64,000 nt of DNA from a virus (lineage: Duplodnaviria > Heunggongvirae > Uroviricota > Caudoviricetes > Crassvirales), in the IMG/VR virus record IMGVR_UViG_3300027816_000067, positions 8,322 through 72,321 of that record. The stretch is one strand, 5' to 3'. The position numbers were made by a program, and so were the translations under genes. The notes under the pieces are model-generated. The model did no database searches, was not told the origin of the DNA, and saw only the letters and a list, made by a program, of their open reading frames with translations. The stretch's first letter is position 1; the number at the start of each line of letters is the position of its first letter. Below, one piece after another: positions 19,435-28,234 of this stretch.

Positions 19435-19583
19435 AGTCAGGTGGCGGAATTGGTAGACGCACTTATAGAAGAATCAGGGATTGACTCCTGATACCTTAAC
19501 CATAAGGTAAAGCATTGTTGAATGATGCAACTATAAGATTTAAGTATATACATTAAATACAGGTTCAAATCCTGTTCTGACTA
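19435..19583 (+). ncRNA. tRNA-like element B: type-II architecture with a ~65-nt insertion in the anticodon-arm region
   Basis: 5' AGTCAGG-TG-GCGGAATTGGTAGACGC, identical to a bacterial tRNA-Leu D-arm. A 7-bp helix CTTATAG/CTATAAG encloses three hairpins. A variable-arm hairpin ATTTAA..TTAAAT follows. T-arm ACAGG-TTCAAAT-CCTGT, then acceptor TCTGACT-A. Also 149 nt. Confidence 0.55.
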
Positions 19584-19602
19584 CAAATAAAAAACAAATA
19601 AG

Positions 19603-20733
19603 ATGAAAAACATACACGTATTACTAACGGACAAACCAAGTACGTTGTGGGTTAATAATTTAAGAAGAAGAATAGAATTAGATAAGGATGTTTTAATTGG
19701 TAGCAATACTGCCCAACACATCTACATCACTTCTGATGATAAAATCACATCAAGCCAAGATTGGTTTATAGACATTAAGGATAATCGCAATCATTTACAC
19801 CAAGTAGGCTATGATTTAGAAAGTGTTGAATGGAATGACCAATACAATCCATTGTATTTTAAAAAAATCATCCTAACAACAGACCAAGGATTAATCAAAT
19901 ATGGTGTACAAGCTATTGATGATGAGTTTTTAGAATGGTTTGTTAAGAATCCAAGTTGTGAGGAGGTTGAGGTTTATAGAGAAGGTTATAAAAAGAATGG
20001 GATGATTGATGAAGCAACTTCTTATCAGTACAAAATAATCATTCCAAAAGAAGAACCTAAAGATATAAATGCTCACACAGGATTTGATGAAGAAGGTCAT
20101 TCTTTAAATTATCAAGGAAATATTTTACCTTTAAATAATATTGATCCTGTAAGATTTGAAAGACAACAAAAATCATTTAATTTGTGGAGATCAAACAAAG
20201 CACGAGGAGGAATAGAAGCTGTAACAGGATTTGGTAAAACTTTTATAGCTATAAAAGAGTCTAAACAAGAAACTACGATTCCAAAAGAAGAACCTAAAAA
20301 AGAATATATTAAATGTGGTGACTGTAATAAATATTATTTATGTACTACTTGTGGTGCTCAATGTGGTAGTGAAGGACATTTTATTGAGATTACTAAACAA
20401 GAGTCACTTGAAGAAGCTGCTAAAAGAATAATTTCTGATATGGGATGGGTTTGGGGAAATATAGAATCAGCAGCAAGAAGGGTAGCAGAATATTGTGCTA
20501 AATGGCAACAAGAACATTATGGTTTAATGGAAATAGAATTAAGACACACTAAAACACTTTTGGCAAGTTGTGAAAAAGCATTGGAAGAAAGAGATAAGCA
20601 ACAAGAAAGAATGTATAGTGAGAAAGAAGTTCTCAATCTTTTATATGAAAGAGAATCTGAATTAAACACACATAATTCTATTTTTAATTATCAAGATGCT
20701 AAAGAATGGTTTGAACAATTTAAAAAGAAATAA
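19603..20733 (+). CDS. Mosaic hypothetical protein (helicase motif-I fragment + PKEEPK repeats + zinc ribbon)
   Basis: 376 aa. The segment NLWRSNKARGGIEAVTGFGKTFIAI is near-identical to the Walker-A region of the SF2 helicase at 37835 (NWFKHNGIGVLEAVTGFGKTMVAI) but has no DEAH motif or motif VI. It also has an internal repeat IIIPKEEPKD / TTIPKEEPKKE and CGDCNKYYLCTTCGAQCG. Confidence 0.5.
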   Translation: MKNIHVLLTDKPSTLWVNNLRRRIELDKDVLIGSNTAQHIYITSDDKITSSQDWFIDIKDNRNHLHQVGYDLESVEWNDQYNPLYFKKIILTTDQGLIKYGVQAIDDEFLEWFVKNPSCEEVEVYREGYKKNGMIDEATSYQYKIIIPKEEPKDINAHTGFDEEGHSLNYQGNILPLNNIDPVRFERQQKSFNLWRSNKARGGIEAVTGFGKTFIAIKESKQETTIPKEEPKKEYIKCGDCNKYYLCTTCGAQCGSEGHFIEITKQESLEEAAKRIISDMGWVWGNIESAARRVAEYCAKWQQEHYGLMEIELRHTKTLLASCEKALEERDKQQERMYSEKEVLNLLYERESELNTHNSIFNYQDAKEWFEQFKKK

Positions 20734-20762
20734 CACAGTCAGGTGGCTGAATTGGAATAAGG

Positions 20763-21269
20763 TTGCCTCCCGCTAATGACGGAACAGAGTATGTAGAAGC
20801 ACATTACCAATTCTTTTTACTAAACATTAAATTAAAACAAATGAACAGATTTCAAGATTTTATGACTAATCCAGCAAATATGGATATAGTCAAAGGTGTA
20901 ATTGCTATTTTTCATCCTGATATTAATCTTGATAAGCGTAAAATAACAATTTACATCAAGCATGATTGGGTGATTATACACACAGAAGGGATAGATATTG
21001 GTGTTGAAGTACTTCCTAATGAGTTTTGTGCTTATAATGGCTTTATGGAACCAGGTTATACAGCACAATCATTTCAAAAGTCTTTGGATAATGGTACTTG
21101 TATTTATAAAGCTTGGAGATTTGTTGATGATTCTAAGTATGCTGAAACAGAAACAGAAGAGTATATAAAACCTGAAAAGCTTGTGCATGAATACCTGAAA
21201 GATAAAAATGTTCCAATACCTACTGCACAGGAAATGTATAAGTACTATTATAGAAGTAATAGTGATTAA
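20763..21269 (+). CDS. Hypothetical protein (annotated start is a TTG overlapping a tRNA-like fragment; the real start is likely the internal ATG near 20841)
   Basis: 168-aa ORF. Confidence 0.45.
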   Translation: MPPANDGTEYVEAHYQFFLLNIKLKQMNRFQDFMTNPANMDIVKGVIAIFHPDINLDKRKITIYIKHDWVIIHTEGIDIGVEVLPNEFCAYNGFMEPGYTAQSFQKSLDNGTCIYKAWRFVDDSKYAETETEEYIKPEKLVHEYLKDKNVPIPTAQEMYKYYYRSNSD

Positions 21270-21394
21270 ACTTACAATAACTTGTAAAATCACTTATAGC
21301 TGTTTGATGCGTTGCTTAATTGTGCATAACGAACAAGAATATAACCAGTGCCGATTATTAAGAGATGAACTATATTTGAAATACAAACTGAAAA

Positions 21395-21608
21395 TATTAA
21401 AAAAGATGGCGGGAAAACCAGTGGCCGAGCAGTGTAGTTCTGGTACAGACACCAATCAAATGAGATTGGCAGAACAATGGCCGACAAGTGGAAGTGTTGG
21501 TGATGAGAGGCAACACAGGGCAAGTAGTAATACGTTTGTAGCCTACCATGTAACACGCTGCCCCCTCCCGTGTGGTGCTGGCTGTAATCGGGGTTAGCCA
21601 TCTTTTTT
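21395..21608 (+). ncRNA. Candidate structured ncRNA (GC-rich) ending in an intrinsic terminator
   Basis: A GC-rich island inside AT-rich DNA. Internal hairpins (CCAATC aaatga GATTGG) and direct repeat TGGCCGA. Ends with TGGCT..AGCCA hairpin + T6 at 21579-21608. The two overlapping ORFs here (21208..21597 + and 21290..21601 -) look like non-coding sequence. Confidence 0.35.
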
Positions 21609-23454
21609 AATATTTTTTATTCACTAAACTATCCTATGAAACGCTCATACAAACATTCTTGCCCAGAAGGATGCTCTAAGGTTGTAAAGAGTGCGTAGCT
21701 CATAACGGTGAAAGACCTAAAATATGAAATACATAACTAAGCTTAAACTTGCAGCAGTACACCAATTATGTGATCATGAAGATAAGTCTACTGAATATAT
21801 GTATCAACTAATGCAAGATACTTGTAAAGTTGATATAGATACAGTAAATAATTACATGATTAATGAAAATCATAGTAAGTTATTTAAAGAACTGAATGAA
21901 TTAATTGATGTATTTGAAAAAATATAAAAACGGACTTTAACAGATAGTGGCCGGAAATAGCACGAACTTGATTAGAATGATGAAATAAGGTTTTAAAATT
22001 TAAAAACGACTAACAGATAAACCGTCCTACGAAGAGTAGAAATAAATTGGTTTGATAAAATGAGTTCTGTTTGCGTTGCGATAATGGGTGAAGATGACTT
22101 CATAACAAAAGTTAGGATTTCAAAAGACACTATTAAATACTTCTGGTTTAGAGAGGAAGAAGCATTTGAAGCAGACCACATTTGGTGTCAAGGATAAATT
22201 ATATTGTATGAAAAGTATGTCGTGTTATCATAGAGCTTTTTGTAGTAAGTGTTATTTTGAGAACAAGGTTGGTAGAGAAAGAGTAGCTGGTGATATAGCG
22301 AGACGTTAAACGACTCTAACACACTACCAACTTTAAAAACTGATTGAGATAATTATGAAATAAAACTATGAAAAAGACATAATGATCTACAGGTAGATTT
22401 AGAACTAAAGATAGAAGTCATTCTTCTAATGGAGAGCTAGGTAAATTAGAGTATCTAATCCTACGACAAATGTCTGCTGAATTGTAGTAACCAACTTATA
22501 AACTGTTCTTTATCTTCCTTAAATCTGGTAAAATAAAAATAATCTAGATAATAGGCTAAACATTGATCCTTTGTGAATAGGTTTGTGTAGCAATGCAACG
22601 TCAATAAGTCAAAAAGCTTAATTCACATAAAGATACTAATCCTGAATTAATAGGATGTTAATAGAGCATCGTAAAACCGATATCTATTAATGCTGTAAAG
22701 CTAGATGTGTTGTTCCCTTGAGAAAGGATAGTAAAGGAAACTTCCCAAAAGGAAGAACATACCCAACACAAATGAGTTCTCAGCAAGTAGTTAAATAGCA
22801 GATTGTCTCGTCCATACAATCAACTACATGACCCTACTTAATATATTAGCTACGTTAAATTGTGCCTAGTAATTAAAGGGTGCTAACATACTTAAAATAT
22901 GTTGACGATAAAGATAGATACCAATAACAACAATGGAAGTATGTATCAAACTTTTAGTAATGGTATTACTTGGAGATTGATATAAAGATTTAACTCTTCT
23001 GCTTGAAGACAAACAACTATATATCTCCAAAACAAAAACTATCGGAGATTTGGCGTAAGTACCGAGTTATAGTTCTGTTCCAGCAGTTAATGTTTGTTGT
23101 AGAGATAGTAAGTTCTGAACGTTCTACTTGAATTGACAAGTAATGTAGGTATTAAATTACCATGCTATGTAAGAATAAACTATTCCAACTAGAAAATTGG
23201 ACAGAAGAGTTATTAACATTAAAACTACTAACAAGAATAGAATAACAAGATATATGTCGCATACGAATGTATATTGTATATTGTTGCTCTATAAGGTCTG
23301 TATTAGTTAGTAGTTTTATTTTAAACATTAAAGATTTAAGAGTAGTAGAGTGAATGTATATAGAGGAAATTGTAGTGTTTAGCTACGTACTAAAACTCAA
23401 AGCTAGTAGTCAACTTATTAGTACTATTCTTATTAATTTTAAACATTAAAGATT

Positions 23455-23808
23455 ATGGGAGATATGGCAGATTATTATAGAGTACAACAAATGGGGGATG
23501 AGTTTCTTGAAAACTTTCCACCTAAAGTTCTAAAACCATTATTACATAAATGTAAAGATGGTAAAATTATAGATATTAGAGGTGTATCAAAAGATTATCC
23601 TAAAATGGATGATAATCATCTTATTAATACTATTAAATATATTCAGAAAAGAGCTAAAGAAGGAATTAGAATTAGAAAAGGTGGGGGTTCTGATGCTGAT
23701 AGTTTTTGGTATGAAGAAGATTTTTTAATAGGTAAAAAAGCATTAAAGCATTTACACTATAAAAAATATGTTAAAGAAGCAATAAGAAGAAATTTAAGAA
23801 TACCTTAA
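23455..23808 (+). CDS. Hypothetical protein
   Basis: 117 aa; first ORF after the ~1.5 kb ORF-free region. Confidence 0.5.
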   Translation: MGDMADYYRVQQMGDEFLENFPPKVLKPLLHKCKDGKIIDIRGVSKDYPKMDDNHLINTIKYIQKRAKEGIRIRKGGGSDADSFWYEEDFLIGKKALKHLHYKKYVKEAIRRNLRIP

Positions 23809-24033
23809 TTACTGTTTTAAAGCAGAGAAATCTCTTTTCAAAAAAAAGTTAAAATTAAATTAAAATCTTAGACTATAAAAAGTTGAAACCTCTTGTAATA
23901 GTCATAGATAACCTTTCAAGTCTGAGATTAGAACAGATAGATTGTTGAATTAGGCTGGGCTATTATTACAAGTTTTACATTGAGAAAATCTAGTGTGTAA
24001 AACTGTCATTATTTAACTTAAACATCTATAACC

Positions 24034-24858
24034 ATGTCAAAAAGTAATGTTGAGAAATTGATGGCTAAGTCGGTAGTGTGCTCCTTCTCAAAAGAAAGTA
24101 TTAGCAATAAAGCTACTCAAGCTGCATTGCAAAAGCTTGAAGAAAAGATAGCTGCTGAATTAGAAAAACAAATCATTATATTACCTAAAAAGATGACTAT
24201 GAAAACATTTCAGAATTTACTTAAAGACTTTCGTGCTTGTCAAGAAGCACAAAAATGGGCATCTACTTTTACTATTGAAGAAACAATAGCTAAAGTAGAA
24301 CGTGGTGACTGGTTATTATGGTTAGCTAAAAAATTAGACTTACCTATTAAACCTCTAACGTTAGCTAAAGCTAGATGTGCTAAAACAGTAATTCATTTAA
24401 TGAAAGATCAAAGAAGTATTGATGCGGTTAATGCAGCAGAGAGATTTGGTCTGGTAGAGGAAATGACATTAGAAGACTTAGTACCTTTTGCAAGATCTAC
24501 TTATGATGCTGCTTCTGCTGCTGCTTATGGTGCTTATGCTGCTTATGCTGCTTATGTTGCTGCTAATGTTGATGATCCTCCTGCTTATGTTGCTAGTGAT
24601 CCTGCTGCTTATGCTGCTTATGCTGTTGCTACTGCTGCTGCTTATACTGCTGATGCTGCTGCTAATGTTGATGATACTGCTGCTGCTACTTATGCTGCTG
24701 ATACTGCTTATGCTGCTGCTTATGCTAATGTTAATGATCCTCCTGCTGCTTATGCTGCTGCTTATAAAAATAATCAAAAACAAACAGCAGATATTTGCAG
24801 AGAAATACTTGGTCAACTGATAATTGATAAAGTAAATTTAATGTTAAAATATACCTAA
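24034..24858 (+). CDS. Hypothetical protein with C-terminal Ala/Tyr tandem-repeat region
   Basis: 274 aa. Residues after ~150 are AAYAAY / ANVDDPPAY repeats encoded by tandem gct-gct-tat codon repeats (24490-24770). Confidence 0.55.
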   Translation: MSKSNVEKLMAKSVVCSFSKESISNKATQAALQKLEEKIAAELEKQIIILPKKMTMKTFQNLLKDFRACQEAQKWASTFTIEETIAKVERGDWLLWLAKKLDLPIKPLTLAKARCAKTVIHLMKDQRSIDAVNAAERFGLVEEMTLEDLVPFARSTYDAASAAAYGAYAAYAAYVAANVDDPPAYVASDPAAYAAYAVATAAAYTADAAANVDDTAAATYAADTAYAAAYANVNDPPAAYAAAYKNNQKQTADICREILGQLIIDKVNLMLKYT

Positions 24859-25006
24859 TTGGTGCTAAACAAAAATATTAATTCTTTAAACAAACATTTT
24901 ATGAAAAAATCATTTGCAAGTAGTGTAAATCAATTTGTAGTTATCTTTTTAATTGTTATGTTATTGTTTTTTGGTGCTATGATACATCATTTTTACTTTT
25001 AATTAT

Positions 25007-25207
25007 ATGTGGCAAATAATATTAGTTACTTTGTCACTATATTTAATTGGTGTTCTTTTAGCAGTTTCTCTTCTTTGTTATCTTAGATATATGCATACAC
25101 ATAAATTAACAGAACAAGAATTTTATCAATCTGTTAAATATAGTGTATTCTCTTGGGCAATGTTAGTAGCACTATTATTTGTTATTATAAATCAAAATGA
25201 TGAATAA
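25007..25207 (+). CDS. Small hydrophobic (membrane) protein
   Basis: 66 aa, two hydrophobic helices. Confidence 0.4.
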   Translation: MWQIILVTLSLYLIGVLLAVSLLCYLRYMHTHKLTEQEFYQSVKYSVFSWAMLVALLFVIINQNDE

Positions 25208-25415
25208 AAATCCTACCTTATATGATCTCGTTGAATTTAGACGAGATCATATAAGAGGTACATTTGTAAAAGTTGCTACACATAAGACAAATGTTTCTAA
25301 AGCTATTGCATATAGTGAAAAGAAAAAAATTGAATTTCTTAGACCTACTACATTATATACTAGGTTTAAGATTGTTAAAAATGGAAGTTATCAATATAAA
25401 AACAATTTTAAATGA
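25197..25415 (+). CDS. Hypothetical small protein
   Basis: 72-aa ORF overlapping the upstream gene's end by 11 nt. Confidence 0.4.
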   Translation: MMNKNPTLYDLVEFRRDHIRGTFVKVATHKTNVSKAIAYSEKKKIEFLRPTTLYTRFKIVKNGSYQYKNNFK

Positions 25416-25648
25416 ATAATGAAAAAGTTGTAAAGCTTGTTTTTGGAGTAATGCTTACCACATTTTTTTTAGCATTAACTGATATATTAATAAAAGATAA
25501 TAGTACATATTATGATATGACTATTGTTGGAAAGATAGGATTTATTATATTCGTAATATGTCTTGCTTATCTTTTTATTATTGGTTTTGTTATACCAATG
25601 GGATATAGATTGTATTTAGAAATTAAAAAACTAACGAGTGGTGATTAA
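25412..25648 (+). CDS. Small membrane protein
   Basis: 78 aa, hydrophobic. Confidence 0.4.
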   Translation: MNNEKVVKLVFGVMLTTFFLALTDILIKDNSTYYDMTIVGKIGFIIFVICLAYLFIIGFVIPMGYRLYLEIKKLTSGD

Positions 25649-25702
25649 CCACCTTTATTATAGATTACTAAAATAATTGTTAATTAAGCAAATCAAAAAA
25701 CA

Positions 25703-25933
25703 ATGGCTAAAAAAGCTGCAAAAAAAGCTGCTCCTAAAAAGAAAACAGCAAAAAAAGTATCTAAAAAGACAGCAAAAAAGAAAGTTGCTGCTAAGAAAAT
25801 AGTAAAAAAGAAAGCTACTGCAAAGAAAATTGCTCCTGTTGTTGTAGCTGCTCCGGTTGTTCCAGTTGCTAAAAATGTAAGTAATAATATTCTTGGAAGT
25901 TTTGCTCCTGAACCACCAATTAATAAAATTTAA
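25703..25933 (+). CDS. Histone H1-like lysine/alanine-rich DNA-binding protein
   Basis: 76 aa made of AKK/KKA repeats (MAKKAAKKAAPKKKTAKKVSKK...), like bacterial histone-H1/Hc1-like proteins. Confidence 0.5.
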   Translation: MAKKAAKKAAPKKKTAKKVSKKTAKKKVAAKKIVKKKATAKKIAPVVVAAPVVPVAKNVSNNILGSFAPEPPINKI

Positions 25934-25976
25934 TTATTAACTAATGGTGTGAGAAATAAAACTCACACCATTTTTT

Positions 25977-26789
25977 ATGTCTAAATTAACATATGTTCAA
26001 GAACAGGTAATTAATACTATTTTACATGAGCCTAGTAAAATTAGGCGATTACTTGCTAATAGTAATAATCCTGGATATATTATTTCATTTCTTAAAACTG
26101 TTTGGCCTACTCGTGTTGGTGTAGAAATTGATACTGCGTTTACATCGGGTAAAGTTGCTTCTTTAAACTTATTTCAAGCTAACATAAATACTAAATACGA
26201 AAAGATACTACGATTTAAACCAATTGTATTAGATAAGTGTACAAAAAACGATGTAAGTTATGCACAACAAGCGGAAATAAGAGTAAGTGTGCGTGGATTT
26301 TATCATATTCATATTCTTAAAGAATTTACTGGTATACTTAATAAAGAAGAAAATATTTGGCCTGATTTAACTTATGGTGGTCTACATATTCATATTGATA
26401 TGACAGATACTAAAAAGTGTAGAGGTATTAATGAAGATACAGACACTCGTGATCTTAGAGTTAGGAATTTAGTATGTTTTAATCATTGTAAAAAAATTTA
26501 TAAGTATAATAAATATATTTATAAACAAATTGAGAAAAACAATACAAAATATAAATTTTGTAGAGATAAAAGGAGTCAGGCTCTTTTTATTGGTGTTTCT
26601 TCTAATACTGAAATTATAGTAGCTAGACATTTACCCACTACTGAATGGAGATTATTTGAACCTACATTTCATTATCCTACGTTAATTAAGCATATTATTA
26701 TGTGTCATATGTTTACTGACACTATAAAAAAATTAAATAAATCCTTTAATCGTTCTTTATTTGAAAGAATAGAGAAAGTAATTGGTTAA
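25977..26789 (+). CDS. Hypothetical protein
   Basis: 270-aa ORF. Confidence 0.5.
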   Translation: MSKLTYVQEQVINTILHEPSKIRRLLANSNNPGYIISFLKTVWPTRVGVEIDTAFTSGKVASLNLFQANINTKYEKILRFKPIVLDKCTKNDVSYAQQAEIRVSVRGFYHIHILKEFTGILNKEENIWPDLTYGGLHIHIDMTDTKKCRGINEDTDTRDLRVRNLVCFNHCKKIYKYNKYIYKQIEKNNTKYKFCRDKRSQALFIGVSSNTEIIVARHLPTTEWRLFEPTFHYPTLIKHIIMCHMFTDTIKKLNKSFNRSLFERIEKVIG

Positions 26790-27168
26790 TTTAATCAGGA
26801 GTAAGCTGTTATATTTTATACAATGGTAAGTGTAAGATAAAATAAAGTTAGATTATTAGTTCTTGTATTGAGACTATGGACAATCTCTGGCCCGAGATTA
26901 TGTGATACTCTGCATATTCATACTTTTAACAAACCTTTATTTGAGATAGCAACATCTATTGTAAAAAATAGTCTTAGTCAAACTATGATAAGAAAAATCT
27001 ATATAGATTTTTCTCTTATAGTTTGTTGGACTTAAAATTATTCTTAATTCAATAGCTATTTACCTAAAAATAAACTAAGTTTATAGCTATTTATTTATCA
27101 ATAATTTGTACTACAACGAGTCGTATATTTGTTGTAAAATCTTAGTGATCTTACTCACATTAAGAGTT

Positions 27169-27204
27169 AACTACTAGAGGTGTAATAACCTCTAGTAGTT
27201 TTAT
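27169..27204 (+). terminator. Intrinsic terminator
   Basis: Perfect 11-bp stem AACTACTAGAGG..CCTCTAGTAGTT + T run, ~380 nt downstream of the last ORF. Implies an untranslated transcript spanning roughly 26800-27204. Confidence 0.5.
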
Positions 27205-27217
27205 TAAATTAATTTTT

Positions 27218-27409
27218 ATGAATGGATATTCATTGGAATCAAATAGCATTATTTATTATAATTTTCATTCAGACAGTACTACATATAGAAATAATTTGAT
27301 TTATCGTTCATGTAATATACTCGATGGGGTATATATTAAATATCTTTGTGGTACTATGCGCTTTATTAGAAATTCTTGGTATGAAGATATTAATACAGAT
27401 GAATTATGA
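27218..27409 (+). CDS. Hypothetical small protein
   Basis: 63-aa ORF. Confidence 0.35.
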   Translation: MNGYSLESNSIIYYNFHSDSTTYRNNLIYRSCNILDGVYIKYLCGTMRFIRNSWYEDINTDEL

Positions 27410-27666
27410 TTGTTGTATGTATTAATGATAATTGGAGAGTTCTTGACGGTAAAAAAACAGATTTTAGTCTTATACCTAAAAAAGATTGTTATTATACTGT
27501 GTTAGAGAAAAAAACTTTTAGTAATGAAAATACTTCAAGAGATTTTTATAACTTAGAAGAAGGTAGACCCATTGATTACTATGCTACTGATCATTTTGCA
27601 CCAGTAGTAGAACAAGATATTACAGAATTAACAGAAATATTAGAACATGAACATATTTGTGTCTGA
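27406..27666 (+). CDS. Hypothetical protein
   Basis: 86-aa ORF with 4-nt overlap coupling. Confidence 0.45.
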   Translation: MIVVCINDNWRVLDGKKTDFSLIPKKDCYYTVLEKKTFSNENTSRDFYNLEEGRPIDYYATDHFAPVVEQDITELTEILEHEHICV

Positions 27667-28231
27667 TTCTGATCCTGTAATTAGTGCTAGGAATCTTGAT
27701 GATAAAAGAGTTAAACATATGCCGAAAGAGTGTTTTGAAATGCTTTCTATGGCGTATTTTAAAAGAACAAATTTATGTATTGCTCCTTTTATAATATGGG
27801 ATGTAGAGCGTAGAGGTCAAAATAGAGAAAAGTTTAATGAGTTACTCTATCATAAGTGTACTAATTGGGTAGCTTCTAAAAGAGAGAACTTTGTTTGGCT
27901 TTGGAATCATGCTATTGCATTACTTAATGAACATGAATATAGAACAGGCCACACTCACTACCTTTATTCTCTTTTTACAAGCTTAATACAATATATTCCT
28001 GATTGTAATATATTACCTAAATCTTTTGTAAAAGCTACATCTTTTGGTGATGATAATAATGTATTTAATGCATATAAAGAAGCACTTAATTATAAATGGT
28101 TTGTTACCGATGAAATAAAGCCTGTAGTTTGGACAAAAAGAGGTAAACCTTCTTGGGCGAGACAACCTATTTATATAACTCAAGGAGATTTATTTATAAA
28201 TAATGATATTGAAGAAAATTTACCTTTTTAA
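27647..28231 (+). CDS. Hypothetical protein
   Basis: 194-aa ORF. Confidence 0.5.
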   Translation: MNIFVSDSDPVISARNLDDKRVKHMPKECFEMLSMAYFKRTNLCIAPFIIWDVERRGQNREKFNELLYHKCTNWVASKRENFVWLWNHAIALLNEHEYRTGHTHYLYSLFTSLIQYIPDCNILPKSFVKATSFGDDNNVFNAYKEALNYKWFVTDEIKPVVWTKRGKPSWARQPIYITQGDLFINNDIEENLPF

Positions 28232-28234
28232 TAT

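Noticed and set aside
21208-21601. Overlapping plus/minus ORFs of 129 and 103 aa
   Set aside because: Mutually overlapping across a GC-rich structured island that ends in a terminator, and the translations look random; more likely a non-coding RNA region.
24478-24820. Two long ORFs on opposite strands (all-Ser/Ile and all-Leu/Met proteins)
   Set aside because: Artefacts of the GCT-GCT-TAT codon repeat inside gene 24034..24858; low-complexity translations with no start context.
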